Origin: a virus
Reading direction: 5' to 3' (one strand)
Virus record (IMG/VR): IMGVR_UViG_3300008262_000008
DNA length: 64,000 bases
The notes beneath the pieces were generated by a model that searched no databases, was not told the DNA's origin, and saw only the letters and a list, made by a program, of their open reading frames with translations. Shown in pieces: positions 1 to 11,055 of the stretch (the first letter of the stretch is position 1; every line of letters begins with the position of its first letter). Position numbers and translations under genes: made by a program.

Positions 1-3000
1 GCAGTTCCAGTTGTTACAGTTGAAGTTAATTGACCTGAAGTTGTAATTGCCGTGATATTAGTAAGTGCTCTAGCAGAACTAATTACTTGAGTGTTACCTA
101 CAAATAAACCTCTACTATTGACAATATTAACGTGTTGATTGAAGTCCCAAGAAGTTGTTGAGTTTGTATATGTAATAGTTTTATCCGTCGCCCCGCGAAG
201 TGTGATTCCTCCACCGTCAGCTGTGGAATCTGTTGGAGAAGCTACACTACCAAGTTCAATATTTTTATCATCAACTGTAACTGTTGTCGAATTTACAGTT
301 GTTGTAGTGCCATTAACGGTGACGTTACCAGTAACTGTTAGATCACCACCTACAGTTAAGTTTTGACTTGCTGCTAAGGTTATAGGAGCATTGAATGTTG
401 AAGTAGCATTAACAGTTAAGGTATCAGATGATGCATCACCTAAAGTGGTATTAGCATTAGCAACTAGGTTTCCAGATAAAGTAGTTACTCCTGTTACTCC
501 TAATGTTCCTGCAACTGTAGTGTTTCCAGAAGAAGCTTCAACAAAGAATTTAGGACTGGTTAATCCTGAGGTTGGATTAACATAAACATTTCCAGTAAAA
601 ATACTTCTCTTATCAACTACAAGACCACCATACGAACGTAGTGCTACATCTGTATCACCGTTGCTATCTGCATCTCTTTGGAAAATAGTACTTGCACTAA
701 TGTTTCCTTTAAAGGAAGCAGAACCACTATATGACTGAGCACCAGCAACATCAATATCACCATAAACTTTTAAAGTTCCAGCAATTAATACATTTTCTCC
801 AAAAGATGAACCACCTGTTACTCTTAAAGCACCTGCAGCAGTATAGGATGATGGAGTAGTGCTTGCTGCAGTAGCATTAGTGATGGAAGTTACTCCAGTT
901 ACTCCTAAAGTATTATTGACTTGAGTTGCACCATTTAGCGTAACTCCACCAGTAAATGTTGATGTACTAGTTACACCTAGAGTACCAGTGATTGTGGCGT
1001 TGTTATTAACAATTAATGCAGTTCCTGCTCCAGTTAAAGTTAAGTTACCAGCAATGATACCAGCATCAGTTCCAGAAACAACCTCAGATGTATTTGTAAC
1101 TGCACTTAAGAATACATACTTTGATAGATCTGTGTTCCATCCAAAGAACCCTAAACGTGCTTGAGTATCATAGTATCTAAATTGAACACCGCGATCTTTA
1201 TTATCATTTGAAGTTGGTGCTGTATCACCATTAATAGTAATAATGGGGTCATCAATTGTTAAGGTTGTAGCATTAATAGTTCCACTTGCTCCATTTAAAG
1301 TAGTATTGCCAGTAACTATTAAGTCTCCACCTACAGTTAAGTTTTGACTTGCTGCTAAAGTTACAGGAGCATTAAATGTTGAGGTGGCATTAACAGTTAA
1401 GGTATCAGATGATGCATTACCTAAAGTTGAATTGGCCTCGGCAATTAAATTATTTGTTAATGTTGTAACACCAGTAACACCTAAAGTTCCTGCAATTGTT
1501 GTGTTACCTGATGCAGCAATAACGTTAAATTTATTTGTATTGATATTAAAGTTGCCAGTTAAATCTAAAATTCCAGCAATATCAGTATTTCCACTAGCAG
1601 CAGTAATATTAAATTTATTTGTATTGATAGCAACATCATTGAATAAATTAGTAACTCCTGTTACTGAAAGTGCATTATCTACTCCAACACTTCCTTTAAC
1701 AGTTAGAGTTCCTGCAGTGCTATTATCTTGATTAGGATCAAGAATAATATCTCCAGTTGCACTTAAAGTATTTGCTGCAAAGCGAATACTTTCTAAAGTT
1801 ACATAACTATTGGTTGATCCAATAGTAATTTCTTCGTCAGCAGTAATATTTAATAATGCATTTCCTGCACCAGAGTTAGTTGAGGTAATTGCAAGAGTTC
1901 TGTTTGCAGCATTATTACCAGATAGACTTAGTGTAATATTTTCTGCAGATCCTACAGTCAATCCACCACTCTTAATAAAGGTAATATTTTGACTAAACTC
2001 AGATGGAGTATCAACTGACATTTTGGCGTTAGTGCCGCCAACCTCAAACATTCTAGAACCACCAGAATTAACTTTCAGTTCTGAAATAGTTCTAAAACCA
2101 TTGTATGTATTAATTTGATCTAGGTCATAATTTGTTGATGTAGTGCCATCATTAAATGTAATTCTAGAATTCTGAAGTTGTGTGTTATCAACACCACCAG
2201 TGGCAATCGTAACATGACCAGCAGCAGTAACTCCAAAATCTTCTTGATCGAATGATGCTAATCCTTTCTGTGGAGTTACTGAGGAAGCAATAAATTCCCA
2301 TGAACCTGTTGTTCCACTAGTATGCGTAGGTTGAGTTCCACCAGTAATTGCAGCAACAGCTTGATATAGTCTTCCACCATTAACTACTTTATCTCCTCTT
2401 GAATATGCAGTAGAAACAGACCATGCAGATGCAGTTGTTCCTGATACTGCAGTTGCGATAGGGACTGTTAAAGCTGCAGTAAGTCTTCCCCACTGATCAA
2501 CAGTAAATTTGGTTGTATTTACTGTTTGTGTGCCTGTACCTACAGATGTGAGACTTTCAGTATTATAGTCACCAGCAACAACTGTAGTATTAATTAAATC
2601 TAGTGTTGGATTACCTAAAACTCCATTGCCATCAACAACACTAATTCTTCCTGCGGTTCCTGTAACTGTTCTCATCCCAATAGAACCGTCTGCAGTTTTT
2701 GCGTAAATGCCAATGTTGGTATTTTCTGCAATTGCTCTTAAATCTCTATCAAATGGTTGGGCAGATTGACCTTCAACAGTTCCATCTAGTCCATAACCTT
2801 GAATAGTTGTGGGGTTACTAGCATTGATTACACGACCACCAGAATCAACGGTAACTTTTGTATATGTTCCAGTTGCACTTTCATTTGCTGGATTATAGTG
2901 TGGTAGAGTACTAATTAATCCAAATTTAGTTGAAATAGTTAAGTTGGCAGAACCATCAAAAGTTCCAGAACCAACAGAGTCTCCAATTAATGTAATAAGA

Positions 3001-3287
3001 CGAGTATTAGCAAGTCTAGTAGCACTTGCAGCATTTCCAATCAGAGATCCAGTGATAACACCTGCTGCAAAGTTACCATCAGCATCTCTTTGTACTAATG
3101 TATTTGGAGAATTGTCAGTAGCAATTTCTGGCGTAACATATCCCAATAAGTTCCATGGGGTTGCACCATCACCGATTTTAAATCTTCGGGTATTAAGTTC
3201 AATTCCAATTTCACCTTGAGCCAAAGTGGGATTAGCATTACTCCACTCAGACGAATCACCTCTTCTTAGTTGTATTCTATTTGCCAT
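1..3287 (-). CDS. Tail fibre protein, truncated by the window edge (N-terminal ~1095 aa present)
   Basis: Not in the ORF track. ATG at 3287 gives MANRIQLRRGDSSEWSNANPTLAQGEIGIELNTRRFKIGDG (Mtd_N/hyaluronidase-like fibre N-terminus), then T/G/N-rich beta repeats. The frame is open to position 1 and a perfect TATAAATA lies upstream. Confidence 0.85.
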   Translation of the reverse strand, partial: MANRIQLRRGDSSEWSNANPTLAQGEIGIELNTRRFKIGDGATPWNLLGYVTPEIATDNSPNTLVQRDADGNFAAGVITGSLIGNAASATRLANTRLITLIGDSVGSGTFDGSANLTISTKFGLISTLPHYNPANESATGTYTKVTVDSGGRVINASNPTTIQGYGLDGTVEGQSAQPFDRDLRAIAENTNIGIYAKTADGSIGMRTVTGTAGRISVVDGNGVLGNPTLDLINTTVVAGDYNTESLTSVGTGTQTVNTTKFTVDQWGRLTAALTVPIATAVSGTTASAWSVSTAYSRGDKVVNGGRLYQAVAAITGGTQPTHTSGTTGSWEFIASSVTPQKGLASFDQEDFGVTAAGHVTIATGGVDNTQLQNSRITFNDGTTSTNYDLDQINTYNGFRTISELKVNSGGSRMFEVGGTNAKMSVDTPSEFSQNITFIKSGGLTVGSAENITLSLSGNNAANRTLAITSTNSGAGNALLNITADEEITIGSTNSYVTLESIRFAANTLSATGDIILDPNQDNSTAGTLTVKGSVGVDNALSVTGVTNLFNDVAINTNKFNITAASGNTDIAGILDLTGNFNINTNKFNVIAASGNTTIAGTLGVTGVTTLTNNLIAEANSTLGNASSDTLTVNATSTFNAPVTLAASQNLTVGGDLIVTGNTTLNGASGTINATTLTIDDPIITINGDTAPTSNDNKDRGVQFRYYDTQARLGFFGWNTDLSKYVFLSAVTNTSEVVSGTDAGIIAGNLTLTGAGTALIVNNNATITGTLGVTSTSTFTGGVTLNGATQVNNTLGVTGVTSITNATAASTTPSSYTAAGALRVTGGSSFGENVLIAGTLKVYGDIDVAGAQSYSGSASFKGNISASTIFQRDADSNGDTDVALRSYGGLVVDKRSIFTGNVYVNPTSGLTSPKFFVEASSGNTTVAGTLGVTGVTTLSGNLVANANTTLGDASSDTLTVNATSTFNAPITLAASQNLTVGGDLTVTGNVTVNGTTTTVNSTTVTVDDKNIELGSVASPTDSTADGGGITLRGATDKTITYTNSTTSWDFNQHVNIVNSRGLFVGNTQVISSARALTNITAITTSGQLTSTVTTGT
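346..1427 (-). repeat. Internal duplication in tail fibre gene (346-446 and 1327-1427)
   Basis: Two 101-bp copies with 6 mismatches, 981 bp apart, encoding TLG(D/N)ASSDTLTVNATSTFNAP(I/V)TLAASQNLTVGG. Confidence 0.9.
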
Positions 3288-3333
3288 TTGCTCTAGAAAT
3301 CCTCTACTATATTTCTATAATTAGTCTCTTATG

Positions 3334-3341
3334 TATTTATA
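3334..3341 (-). promoter_or_regulatory. T4-type late promoter TATAAATA
   Basis: Exact gp55-type consensus on the minus strand, 46 bp upstream of the tail fibre ATG. Confidence 0.8.
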
Positions 3342-3349
3342 CTATCAAT

Positions 3350-3374
3350 AAAAAAAGGGGAAGTGTATTTCCCC
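3350..3374 (-). terminator. Rho-independent terminator
   Basis: Minus strand GGGGAA-atacac-TTCCCC followed by T7, just after the stop of 3386..3589. Confidence 0.8.
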
Positions 3375-3385
3375 TCACAAACATT

Positions 3386-3589
3386 TCACTCTTCAGATTT
3401 TTCCTCTTCCGTTTCTTCGGGTTGATTTAAATAATTTAGTGTTTCAATCGCTCCAGCTAGTTTCAAAATAGTAATCTCATTTTCTTTAATTTTCTTTGCC
3501 AAACCTTCATTTTCTTGAAGTAGTGTATTATACTGTTTGGTAAAATCAGCTAACAGCTCTTCAGAACTAGTCTTTTCAATTGCCATCAT
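3386..3589 (-). CDS. Small coiled-coil hypothetical protein
   Basis: 67-aa ORF with heptad-like character, co-oriented in the operon and followed by a terminator. Confidence 0.7.
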   Translation of the reverse strand: MMAIEKTSSEELLADFTKQYNTLLQENEGLAKKIKENEITILKLAGAIETLNYLNQPEETEEEKSEE

Positions 3590-3821
3590 CAGTTCTCCTT
3601 AATAATTCTAGTAGTAAATTTTTGATGTCAGAAACATCAGATTGTAACATGTTAACATCACTTCTCAAATTTTGCAACTCTTTTTTTCTTTTTTGATTTG
3701 CTTCATAATTAGACATGTATCTATCATATTCAGTTTTGTCCACATTTAATATTGCACCAGATCTAGCATCTCTGACAAGACCTGCTTCATCTTCAACGGG
3801 TATTAAAAAATCATCATTCAT
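3576..3821 (-). CDS. Conserved T4-like cyanophage hypothetical protein (coiled-coil C-terminus)
   Basis: 81 aa, abuts the VrlC-like gene. The GLVRD..SGAILN.D..EY..Y pattern is typical of the small gene after VrlC in cyanomyoviruses (recognised from memory). Confidence 0.75.
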   Translation of the reverse strand: MNDDFLIPVEDEAGLVRDARSGAILNVDKTEYDRYMSNYEANQKRKKELQNLRSDVNMLQSDVSDIKNLLLELLRRTDDGN

Positions 3822-3822
3822 T

Positions 3823-6800
3823 TTACGTTGCTAAAGCAATACATCTTAAACTTTCAATAATTGGTACAATAGCTTGGTTCTTACTCTTCATAATAATTTT
3901 TACCTGGAAAGCGGTAAATGCATCACCAGAGAAAGTATATTCATAAGATTTGAACTGAACAGTCTCTGTCGGAATCACAGTTTTATCTGGATTGCCAGTA
4001 TTATTAAATAATTTATAACCAATTTGATCTTCTGGAGTAGTAGATCCAGCTGGAATTACTTTATATAATACTTTAATGTCTGCATCTGGATGTCTCCAAG
4101 CATCAAACATTACCTTGAGAGATTTAGATTGAATTGTCAATCTTGCCAATCTAGTAATATATATGGCTGCATTTGGATCACCAACTGCAAGAGTTGCGGT
4201 TGAATCAGTCGTTAAATTATTAATTCTATTAGAAGTTGTAATACAACTTAGTCTATCTAAGTCAATAATTGGAGATAGATATTCACTCTCAGATTGCATA
4301 ATTGTTTGAATTAACAATGACTTAGCACCATTATTTCTTGCGTTTTCATTAACTTTTGATGCAATCAAGTATTGCTTATCCAAATAATTTGAAGTATTTA
4401 ATTCTACATCAAATAATGTTCCGTCATTAACAAAAGAATTTGTTAGAACAGTTACTCCGTCATTAATTGAAGTACCAGTGACAGCATTTAATCTAGATGA
4501 AATAGTTGTCTTTGGTACAATTGCTGTCTGAATTTGAGGTGTTATTACTTCAAATGGTACGTTTTGAGTTGCATAAATTTGTGTGGAACCTCCAGTAATG
4601 CCATTAATACCTACTGAATTTGTAACTAAATCATAAGAATCTAAAGTTGGAGCACTAATTTCAGTGTGTGTTTTATTAATCTCTGTTAGTGGAATACCAT
4701 CTAAATTATAACACTCAACTACAGTTCCTTGTTCATGTGCAACAGCAATTGTATTTGCAGCTGCTCTACCTCCAGTCTTAATTGTGATTGTTGTGCCATC
4801 AGCACTAATAGCAGAATATTGTAAAATTTCATTTTCAATTTTAATATATCCTGGATTACTTTCACTGATAGATAATCCAGCAACTGTTTTGTGGAATGCA
4901 CTTGCATCAACTACAGACAAAGTAGTATCAGTTGAACTAATACCAGTTTTTAATGAAGTTGGTGAAATTTCGGAAATCGCTCCAGAAATGGTCACATTAT
5001 TTAAAGTATCATGCATACCATGATTGCTATGTGCTATAGTAATTTTCCTACTATATGCTGGATAAGATGGAGCGACGCTAACATAAGCCGTTCTAGTATC
5101 ACCAGCATATGTTGGTGTTCCACTAATTGTTCCTGATGCAGCGGATGGTGACGCCTGACTAATAGTTTCAGATGCAGTCCAAGTTGCATTAGTTGCAGTG
5201 CTATTTGCTCCCAAATATCTAACAACAAGTGTTCTTGTTCCTGCTGTCCAAGATACAACTTCAGCAATCAATCCACTTGTACCACCAGTTATTGTAGCCC
5301 CAGCAACAAAAGTTCCTGTTAAACCAGCAGAATTCAATACTATAGTAGATGTTGCAGAACTACTACGAATTGCATACGTTAATGGTGATCCAGTACCTTG
5401 GTTAAATGCCCCAACAATATCAGTTACTACTAATTGATTTGGTGTTGTAGTATTATTAAATTCTTTAATGGTTGCTTGAGCAGCAGCATTACCAACTTGC
5501 CTAATTGTAGCACCAGGAGTAAATGTTAAACCTGTAGTATTCAATACTAAAATTTGTTCTGGTTTATAGGTCTTAATTGCATTCTCTTTAAGATTGAGAA
5601 TTTGATTGTTGCCAATTCCAAGTTCTGCATTATTAAAGATTGCCGTTCCTTGTGATTTTGTAAATTTAGCTCTATAGATATTAAACTTCAAGTCTTCATA
5701 TTGATCAGCAGTCCACGTTGTTGCGTTCTGAGATTTAAATAGAACACCAGCATATGGCTGTTCAGAAATAGTTCTACTACCACTGATATCGATATCTCCC
5801 ATTCTAGAAATCCATACTCTATATTCATTACTATCAGATAACAATACTAAAGAATATTCTACCCCTTTTTGCAAATAAATTGGAGCTTTAAATCTGAAAG
5901 TAGTTGCTAGGGAAGCATTTTCAGAAATTTGAACATCTGATGGATAAATGGTAACATCGGAGAATGGTAAAATTTTATTGGATGGATAACCATTTACCAT
6001 GGTACGAATTTGGCAACTGATAGGAATATTATTATCTCTAGTTGCAAAATATATTTCTGCTTTAGTTACATATACTCCATCATCTTTATCTACTAGGAAT
6101 GATTGTGCTAATGGATCATACCATCCAATTTGTCTAACTTCAGTTCTCGTTGATGTGATAGTTCTTGTATCAGTTACTGTATCCCTGACAATATCAGCAT
6201 TTCTAACAGCAAGAATATTTTCTTGTACCGTATCTAAAGTTCCAGAAGCACTATAAGTTGTATCTGCGGAAGAATCTACAGTTCCAGGAACGTAACTATT
6301 AACTGAACTTGTTGTAAATCTGAGAGCTCTAGTTCCCGTTGGCCATCTTGGATTAGTATCTACAGATGGACTTGGAATAAAGAAAGTTCCATATAATGTC
6401 CCCTTTCTATCACTAATTAATCTTCTATCCTTTACAACTGCTTTAGCACCAGAGGAACCTTGTAAAATTTCACCTACTTTAATATTTCCATAGAAGTTTG
6501 CATTGACTTGAGTTGCCATTGCTTCAGTATCAATATTTAAATATGCAGTTTGAGATGAATATGTTGAAGGCAATGTACTATCATCATAAGGACTATATAC
6601 ATAACCATCATTTGGTGCCACAACTTTTAATTTTACTCCACTAGATAATCCAGTTACAGTCTCACCAATACTAAATGGAATATCATTTGTTCTTGGATCG
6701 GTTGCAGCATTTTTAATTAATTCAATTAATTTAGGAGTGCAATATTGTTCGATTGAATTTTCATCAAAGAACCCATAAACTCTCGTTTTTGGCTTCAATC

Positions 6801-9800
6801 TTTCTACTTCAAATTTAATATTTCTAGAGCGAATATATGGAATTGTTGTTCTAGAAACTAATGAATCTCCTAAACTCTTATTGTCAATTCTAGGTACAAC
6901 TTTTGTTCTTACTCCAGTTCTAGCTTGATTTGTAGTTATAGTAAAATCTCTTCTTTCATGCACATATGCGAACCATCCTGTAGGACCTAACCATCTACCT
7001 CCACCTAAATTTGTATGCGATATATATGTGCTTGTACCAGTTTGCTTTTCACCAGTCCAAGTTGTTTCCCAAGCATTCCATTCAATAGGTGCAAATCCAT
7101 TTTGATCAGTATTTAAATTTCTAGATACTGACGAAAAATCTCCTTCAACATTTTCAATTCTTGCAGGAAGTCTCTTAGTTTCAATCCAATCATCACTTGA
7201 TGGAGTTAGATCAATTCTTCCAATATATGCAAATACGTTAAATGGGTTTACATTCTCCTGTCTTGATGCATATGGTTGTTTAATTAATAATTCATCAGTA
7301 AATGGTAAACTTAAAATTGGCCCACTCTTTTGAATATTTGTAGATAATGCACTATTATACTCTAGAGGAACATTTGTGGTATAATGTGAAGGTCTAAGTT
7401 GTCCATTTTTAAAATCTAAGGATGCTTTATATTCTGTACTATTGACATCTCCGATATTATGAGAAGTAAAATCATCAACTACATATCCATTTTTTAATTT
7501 ATCGTTGTTGTCATCATCAGTAATTCTCATTGAGTTAGTATCTGCTTCAAGCAAACTCAATGAAGTGTAATATTCTACTTGATTTAATCTTCTTTCAATA
7601 GTTCCAATATCTCGCATTGTATAGCGACGATTATCTTCTTTTTTGAAAATTACATCTCTTTCAGGATCAAATCCATATGGTTTATGGATAAGAATTCCCA
7701 ACAACATGGCATTATTAAGTACATCAGGAACATTTGGATTTTCTGCTGATTTTCCTAATACTGGTTTAAATTCCCCCTCAGAAGTTAGATATAATCTATC
7801 AATTCTAGAGAGATAATAACTATAATCACAACGGAAATCAGTATCAGGTTTTGGAATATCAAATACTGTTGCTTTTGGATCTGCACTAGTTTGGAACAAT
7901 CTAGAAGCAAAATCTAGAGACGAACAATTTACAAAAAATGGACTAGCAATTGTTCCTGCACCACCAACATCTCTTAATGGCTTAACTGCAGGTCTAAAAT
8001 CTAAAACATCCCTAAGTTTTTTATCATTAAATTCTGGAATATCTGCATAGTCTAAACCAACATATGACTGAGCACTAAAATAATCACCACTACTTTCATG
8101 AGAGAAATAATCAAATACTACTAATAATTGTCTAACTGGCGCAGGGGCATTACTAAATCTTCTGATTTTACTAATGTTATAGAAGAAACCATTTTGATTT
8201 GGATCTAATTCATAATATGAAGTAATATTTTTACTTCCTGCATCAATTGAACCATCTGCATCACTCAATAATGCTGAGATATTTTCTCCATTTAGATTAA
8301 CACCAGTGATCGTTTCTCCAAGATTAAAAGAAGTATTATTTAATGGAATATAACTCAATTTTAATGTGGATGAATTGAAATCCACTACTCTTGCTCTGGC
8401 ACCAGAAACCGTACCATTAATAATACTACCAGTTGCAAAGAATGTACTTTCAACTAAGATACAAGAAGGAACTCTGGGTACAGCATCATCGGTAGATTCA
8501 TAGACTGCATGTAATTTATATACATCAGGTATACCTAAACTAATTTCATAGTCTTGAATTCTAGTTCCATAAAGATTACTATATGATAATCCATATTTTG
8601 CAGCATCAGTATTAATATAATTAAATGTAGTCTTTGTTACTTTAAAGACTGTCATTTTAATTGAGTTCTTAATTTTTCTATTCAGAACATTTTTTGAAAC
8701 TGCAGCAGTAAGTCTTACAACAGTAGCATTAGCTAATCCAGTTACAGTGATTGTAGAACGTGGAGTACCTGAAGTATTGAAAGTTGTATTTCCAACGGTG
8801 AGATCAATAGTATCTCCAACTGCATAAGTACCAGCTCCACTAATAGCAGTAACAGTTAAGGCATGATTACTTCTACCCAAAGGTTCAAATTGCTCATTTT
8901 CAGATAGTGAGGTTGCAAAAGACTGACTGACTACGGAAATATTATCAATAGTTCTTCTTACAATCATTGATTCATCACTAATTGATCTTACTGCCTGCTT
9001 TGGCATATCAGTAATTAAGTCACCATTTTCTTTTGCAACAAATAAATATGGTCTTGCCCTCCTTGGAGTAAATGCTGTTCCATTAGTAATTCCACTAGTT
9101 GCTTCATATGAAGCTGTTTGGGGAACAGTAGTATACGCAAAAACAGTTCCAACATTAATTGCAGATTGATTTAATCTAGTGACTCTAGCATATGCAGAAG
9201 TTGAAGCTCCATAAACAACATCTCCAGGTCTTAGTTCAACAGCAAAATTACTTCCAGTTCCACCTTGTATTCTAGTAGTTCCTGTATTAATTGTATAATC
9301 AGTACCACTTAAACGTTGAATATCATTTAATACTAAATCAGCAGTCATAATAATAGTAGATGACTGATTTTTACATACTACTTGCTTAGAATCAGTCAAT
9401 TGGTAATTAAATACACCATTACTAGCAGCAATAGTTCCAACAACTCTACCATCAACTTCAAGAACTTCACCACTTACAAAGTTTCCTGAAACTTGATATA
9501 ATTTTATAAGAGTTGATGCACTAACTGCACTTTCAACAAATCCAGTTGCTTTTGAAGTTCTTCCAACAACTTGAGATCCTAAAGCAATGGTACATGCAGC
9601 TTGCGTATTAATAATAGTAAACATTGCTGCATCCATAATATACAGTTTCCAAACTGTGCTAGGATCATTAAATGTAGATGCAGTTGAATCATATTCAATG
9701 GAAACCGCTCTGGCATATCCGATTAAATTACCAGCAGCATTTCCTTTAGTTACAGTTCCAAGATCTCGTAATTCAATAACGTTATAACTATTCGTTGTAA

Positions 9801-11037
9801 TTCCAGTTCCTGTTATTTGTGGAGAACCCCAAAGATTATTAATCTTAAAGTAATTACCTAATTCGAAAGGAACAATACCATTTTGAATACTATTATAATC
9901 TCTTGGTTTTAATAAATCAATATATTTTGGTATTAATGTTTCGGTCCTATAACCTCTAACATATCCTACTCCAGGTCCAACTTCAATCGCATACAAATCA
10001 TCACTTGGAATGGCTTCCTGTGATGTTTTTTGATTGGAAGTAAATACGCCATCATTAAACCCATCATTTAAACTTTCTCTAACTCTAACATCAAAATCAT
10101 TTACTACATAATCGCCACTTTCTTCATAGGTTCTTAATGCAATGGTTTTTTCAATTTCACTATATGCTGTTTTGTCTACAAACTGTTCTACTTTAGCTTG
10201 ATTAAGTCTTAGTAGTTCGATGAAATTTTGATCCGCATCGTCATCAACTATTTTTTTGACTAAAGTAGTTTTAAGTTTTAATCTATGTGCCCCTGGTGCA
10301 GAATAATTTGAAGTTCCTACTGAATTATCATTTAAAGATGCATCATCCTCAGAAGTAATAATTGATTCAGAAATTTCAAGACCAATTCTATATGTTGGAT
10401 TATTATCATACTGATCTAGAATGATATATTCACTTGGAACATCAACTAAAAATCCCCTAATAAAATAAACGCCCTGATTAATATATGCTGCTGATCCAAC
10501 TCCTAATGCGTTAGTTGGAATTAATTGTGCAAAAGGACTTCCTGCCTCAATTAAATTAGATGAGAATGTAATATCAGATTCGCAAACTAATTGTTCATTT
10601 TCTAAAAATGATTTTCTATCTCTATTTGTATCTCCAGATTCTAAATATTTTACATAAAATGTAATAAAATCTCTTTCGGATGTATCTGCATCAATACTAA
10701 AAAGAACTTTAGCTTTAACCCCACTAGTTACACCACTAATAGTTTTTCCATGTAAAGATTCTCTATACGCCTCAATAGATGAACCTAAAAATGTTGGCTG
10801 TACTAAAATGCAATTTAAGTCGAGGTCATATCCAACTTGACCAGGAATAACCATTGCACCTTCTTTAAAGAAGTGCTGCCCCATGTTTTCGATCTGATTT
10901 TGTAAGATCGATTGCATAGTTGTAAGTTCTCTAGCCTGAATAGGATATCCTGGCCTAAAGAGAACTTTATAGTAGTTCTTGGCAGCATCAAAATCGTCAT
11001 AATATGGGTTTACGTTCAGATTAGTATTCTGTGGCAT
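3823..11037 (-). CDS. vrlC: VrlC/DUF4815-like large virion structural protein
   Basis: 2404 aa. N-terminus TNLNVNPYYDDFD...YKVLFRPGYPIQARELTTMQSILQNQIE is characteristic, and the position downstream of gp8 matches cyanomyovirus synteny. Confidence 0.85.
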   Translation of the reverse strand: MPQNTNLNVNPYYDDFDAAKNYYKVLFRPGYPIQARELTTMQSILQNQIENMGQHFFKEGAMVIPGQVGYDLDLNCILVQPTFLGSSIEAYRESLHGKTISGVTSGVKAKVLFSIDADTSERDFITFYVKYLESGDTNRDRKSFLENEQLVCESDITFSSNLIEAGSPFAQLIPTNALGVGSAAYINQGVYFIRGFLVDVPSEYIILDQYDNNPTYRIGLEISESIITSEDDASLNDNSVGTSNYSAPGAHRLKLKTTLVKKIVDDDADQNFIELLRLNQAKVEQFVDKTAYSEIEKTIALRTYEESGDYVVNDFDVRVRESLNDGFNDGVFTSNQKTSQEAIPSDDLYAIEVGPGVGYVRGYRTETLIPKYIDLLKPRDYNSIQNGIVPFELGNYFKINNLWGSPQITGTGITTNSYNVIELRDLGTVTKGNAAGNLIGYARAVSIEYDSTASTFNDPSTVWKLYIMDAAMFTIINTQAACTIALGSQVVGRTSKATGFVESAVSASTLIKLYQVSGNFVSGEVLEVDGRVVGTIAASNGVFNYQLTDSKQVVCKNQSSTIIMTADLVLNDIQRLSGTDYTINTGTTRIQGGTGSNFAVELRPGDVVYGASTSAYARVTRLNQSAINVGTVFAYTTVPQTASYEATSGITNGTAFTPRRARPYLFVAKENGDLITDMPKQAVRSISDESMIVRRTIDNISVVSQSFATSLSENEQFEPLGRSNHALTVTAISGAGTYAVGDTIDLTVGNTTFNTSGTPRSTITVTGLANATVVRLTAAVSKNVLNRKIKNSIKMTVFKVTKTTFNYINTDAAKYGLSYSNLYGTRIQDYEISLGIPDVYKLHAVYESTDDAVPRVPSCILVESTFFATGSIINGTVSGARARVVDFNSSTLKLSYIPLNNTSFNLGETITGVNLNGENISALLSDADGSIDAGSKNITSYYELDPNQNGFFYNISKIRRFSNAPAPVRQLLVVFDYFSHESSGDYFSAQSYVGLDYADIPEFNDKKLRDVLDFRPAVKPLRDVGGAGTIASPFFVNCSSLDFASRLFQTSADPKATVFDIPKPDTDFRCDYSYYLSRIDRLYLTSEGEFKPVLGKSAENPNVPDVLNNAMLLGILIHKPYGFDPERDVIFKKEDNRRYTMRDIGTIERRLNQVEYYTSLSLLEADTNSMRITDDDNNDKLKNGYVVDDFTSHNIGDVNSTEYKASLDFKNGQLRPSHYTTNVPLEYNSALSTNIQKSGPILSLPFTDELLIKQPYASRQENVNPFNVFAYIGRIDLTPSSDDWIETKRLPARIENVEGDFSSVSRNLNTDQNGFAPIEWNAWETTWTGEKQTGTSTYISHTNLGGGRWLGPTGWFAYVHERRDFTITTNQARTGVRTKVVPRIDNKSLGDSLVSRTTIPYIRSRNIKFEVERLKPKTRVYGFFDENSIEQYCTPKLIELIKNAATDPRTNDIPFSIGETVTGLSSGVKLKVVAPNDGYVYSPYDDSTLPSTYSSQTAYLNIDTEAMATQVNANFYGNIKVGEILQGSSGAKAVVKDRRLISDRKGTLYGTFFIPSPSVDTNPRWPTGTRALRFTTSSVNSYVPGTVDSSADTTYSASGTLDTVQENILAVRNADIVRDTVTDTRTITSTRTEVRQIGWYDPLAQSFLVDKDDGVYVTKAEIYFATRDNNIPISCQIRTMVNGYPSNKILPFSDVTIYPSDVQISENASLATTFRFKAPIYLQKGVEYSLVLLSDSNEYRVWISRMGDIDISGSRTISEQPYAGVLFKSQNATTWTADQYEDLKFNIYRAKFTKSQGTAIFNNAELGIGNNQILNLKENAIKTYKPEQILVLNTTGLTFTPGATIRQVGNAAAQATIKEFNNTTTPNQLVVTDIVGAFNQGTGSPLTYAIRSSSATSTIVLNSAGLTGTFVAGATITGGTSGLIAEVVSWTAGTRTLVVRYLGANSTATNATWTASETISQASPSAASGTISGTPTYAGDTRTAYVSVAPSYPAYSRKITIAHSNHGMHDTLNNVTISGAISEISPTSLKTGISSTDTTLSVVDASAFHKTVAGLSISESNPGYIKIENEILQYSAISADGTTITIKTGGRAAANTIAVAHEQGTVVECYNLDGIPLTEINKTHTEISAPTLDSYDLVTNSVGINGITGGSTQIYATQNVPFEVITPQIQTAIVPKTTISSRLNAVTGTSINDGVTVLTNSFVNDGTLFDVELNTSNYLDKQYLIASKVNENARNNGAKSLLIQTIMQSESEYLSPIIDLDRLSCITTSNRINNLTTDSTATLAVGDPNAAIYITRLARLTIQSKSLKVMFDAWRHPDADIKVLYKVIPAGSTTPEDQIGYKLFNNTGNPDKTVIPTETVQFKSYEYTFSGDAFTAFQVKIIMKSKNQAIVPIIESLRCIALAT

Positions 11038-11055
11038 TTTGTTAATATCCTACTA

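Noticed and set aside
3160-3287. Mtd_N-like N-terminus suggesting a diversity-generating retroelement target
   Set aside because: This domain is common in ordinary fibres. There is no reverse transcriptase in the window, and the 346/1327 repeat pair differs mostly at synonymous positions within one ORF rather than showing TR/VR adenine-specific changes.
3823-11037. Virulence or neuraminidase function implied by the names VrlC and hn (59054..59527)
   Set aside because: These are legacy annotation names. No sialidase or toxin motifs are visible.
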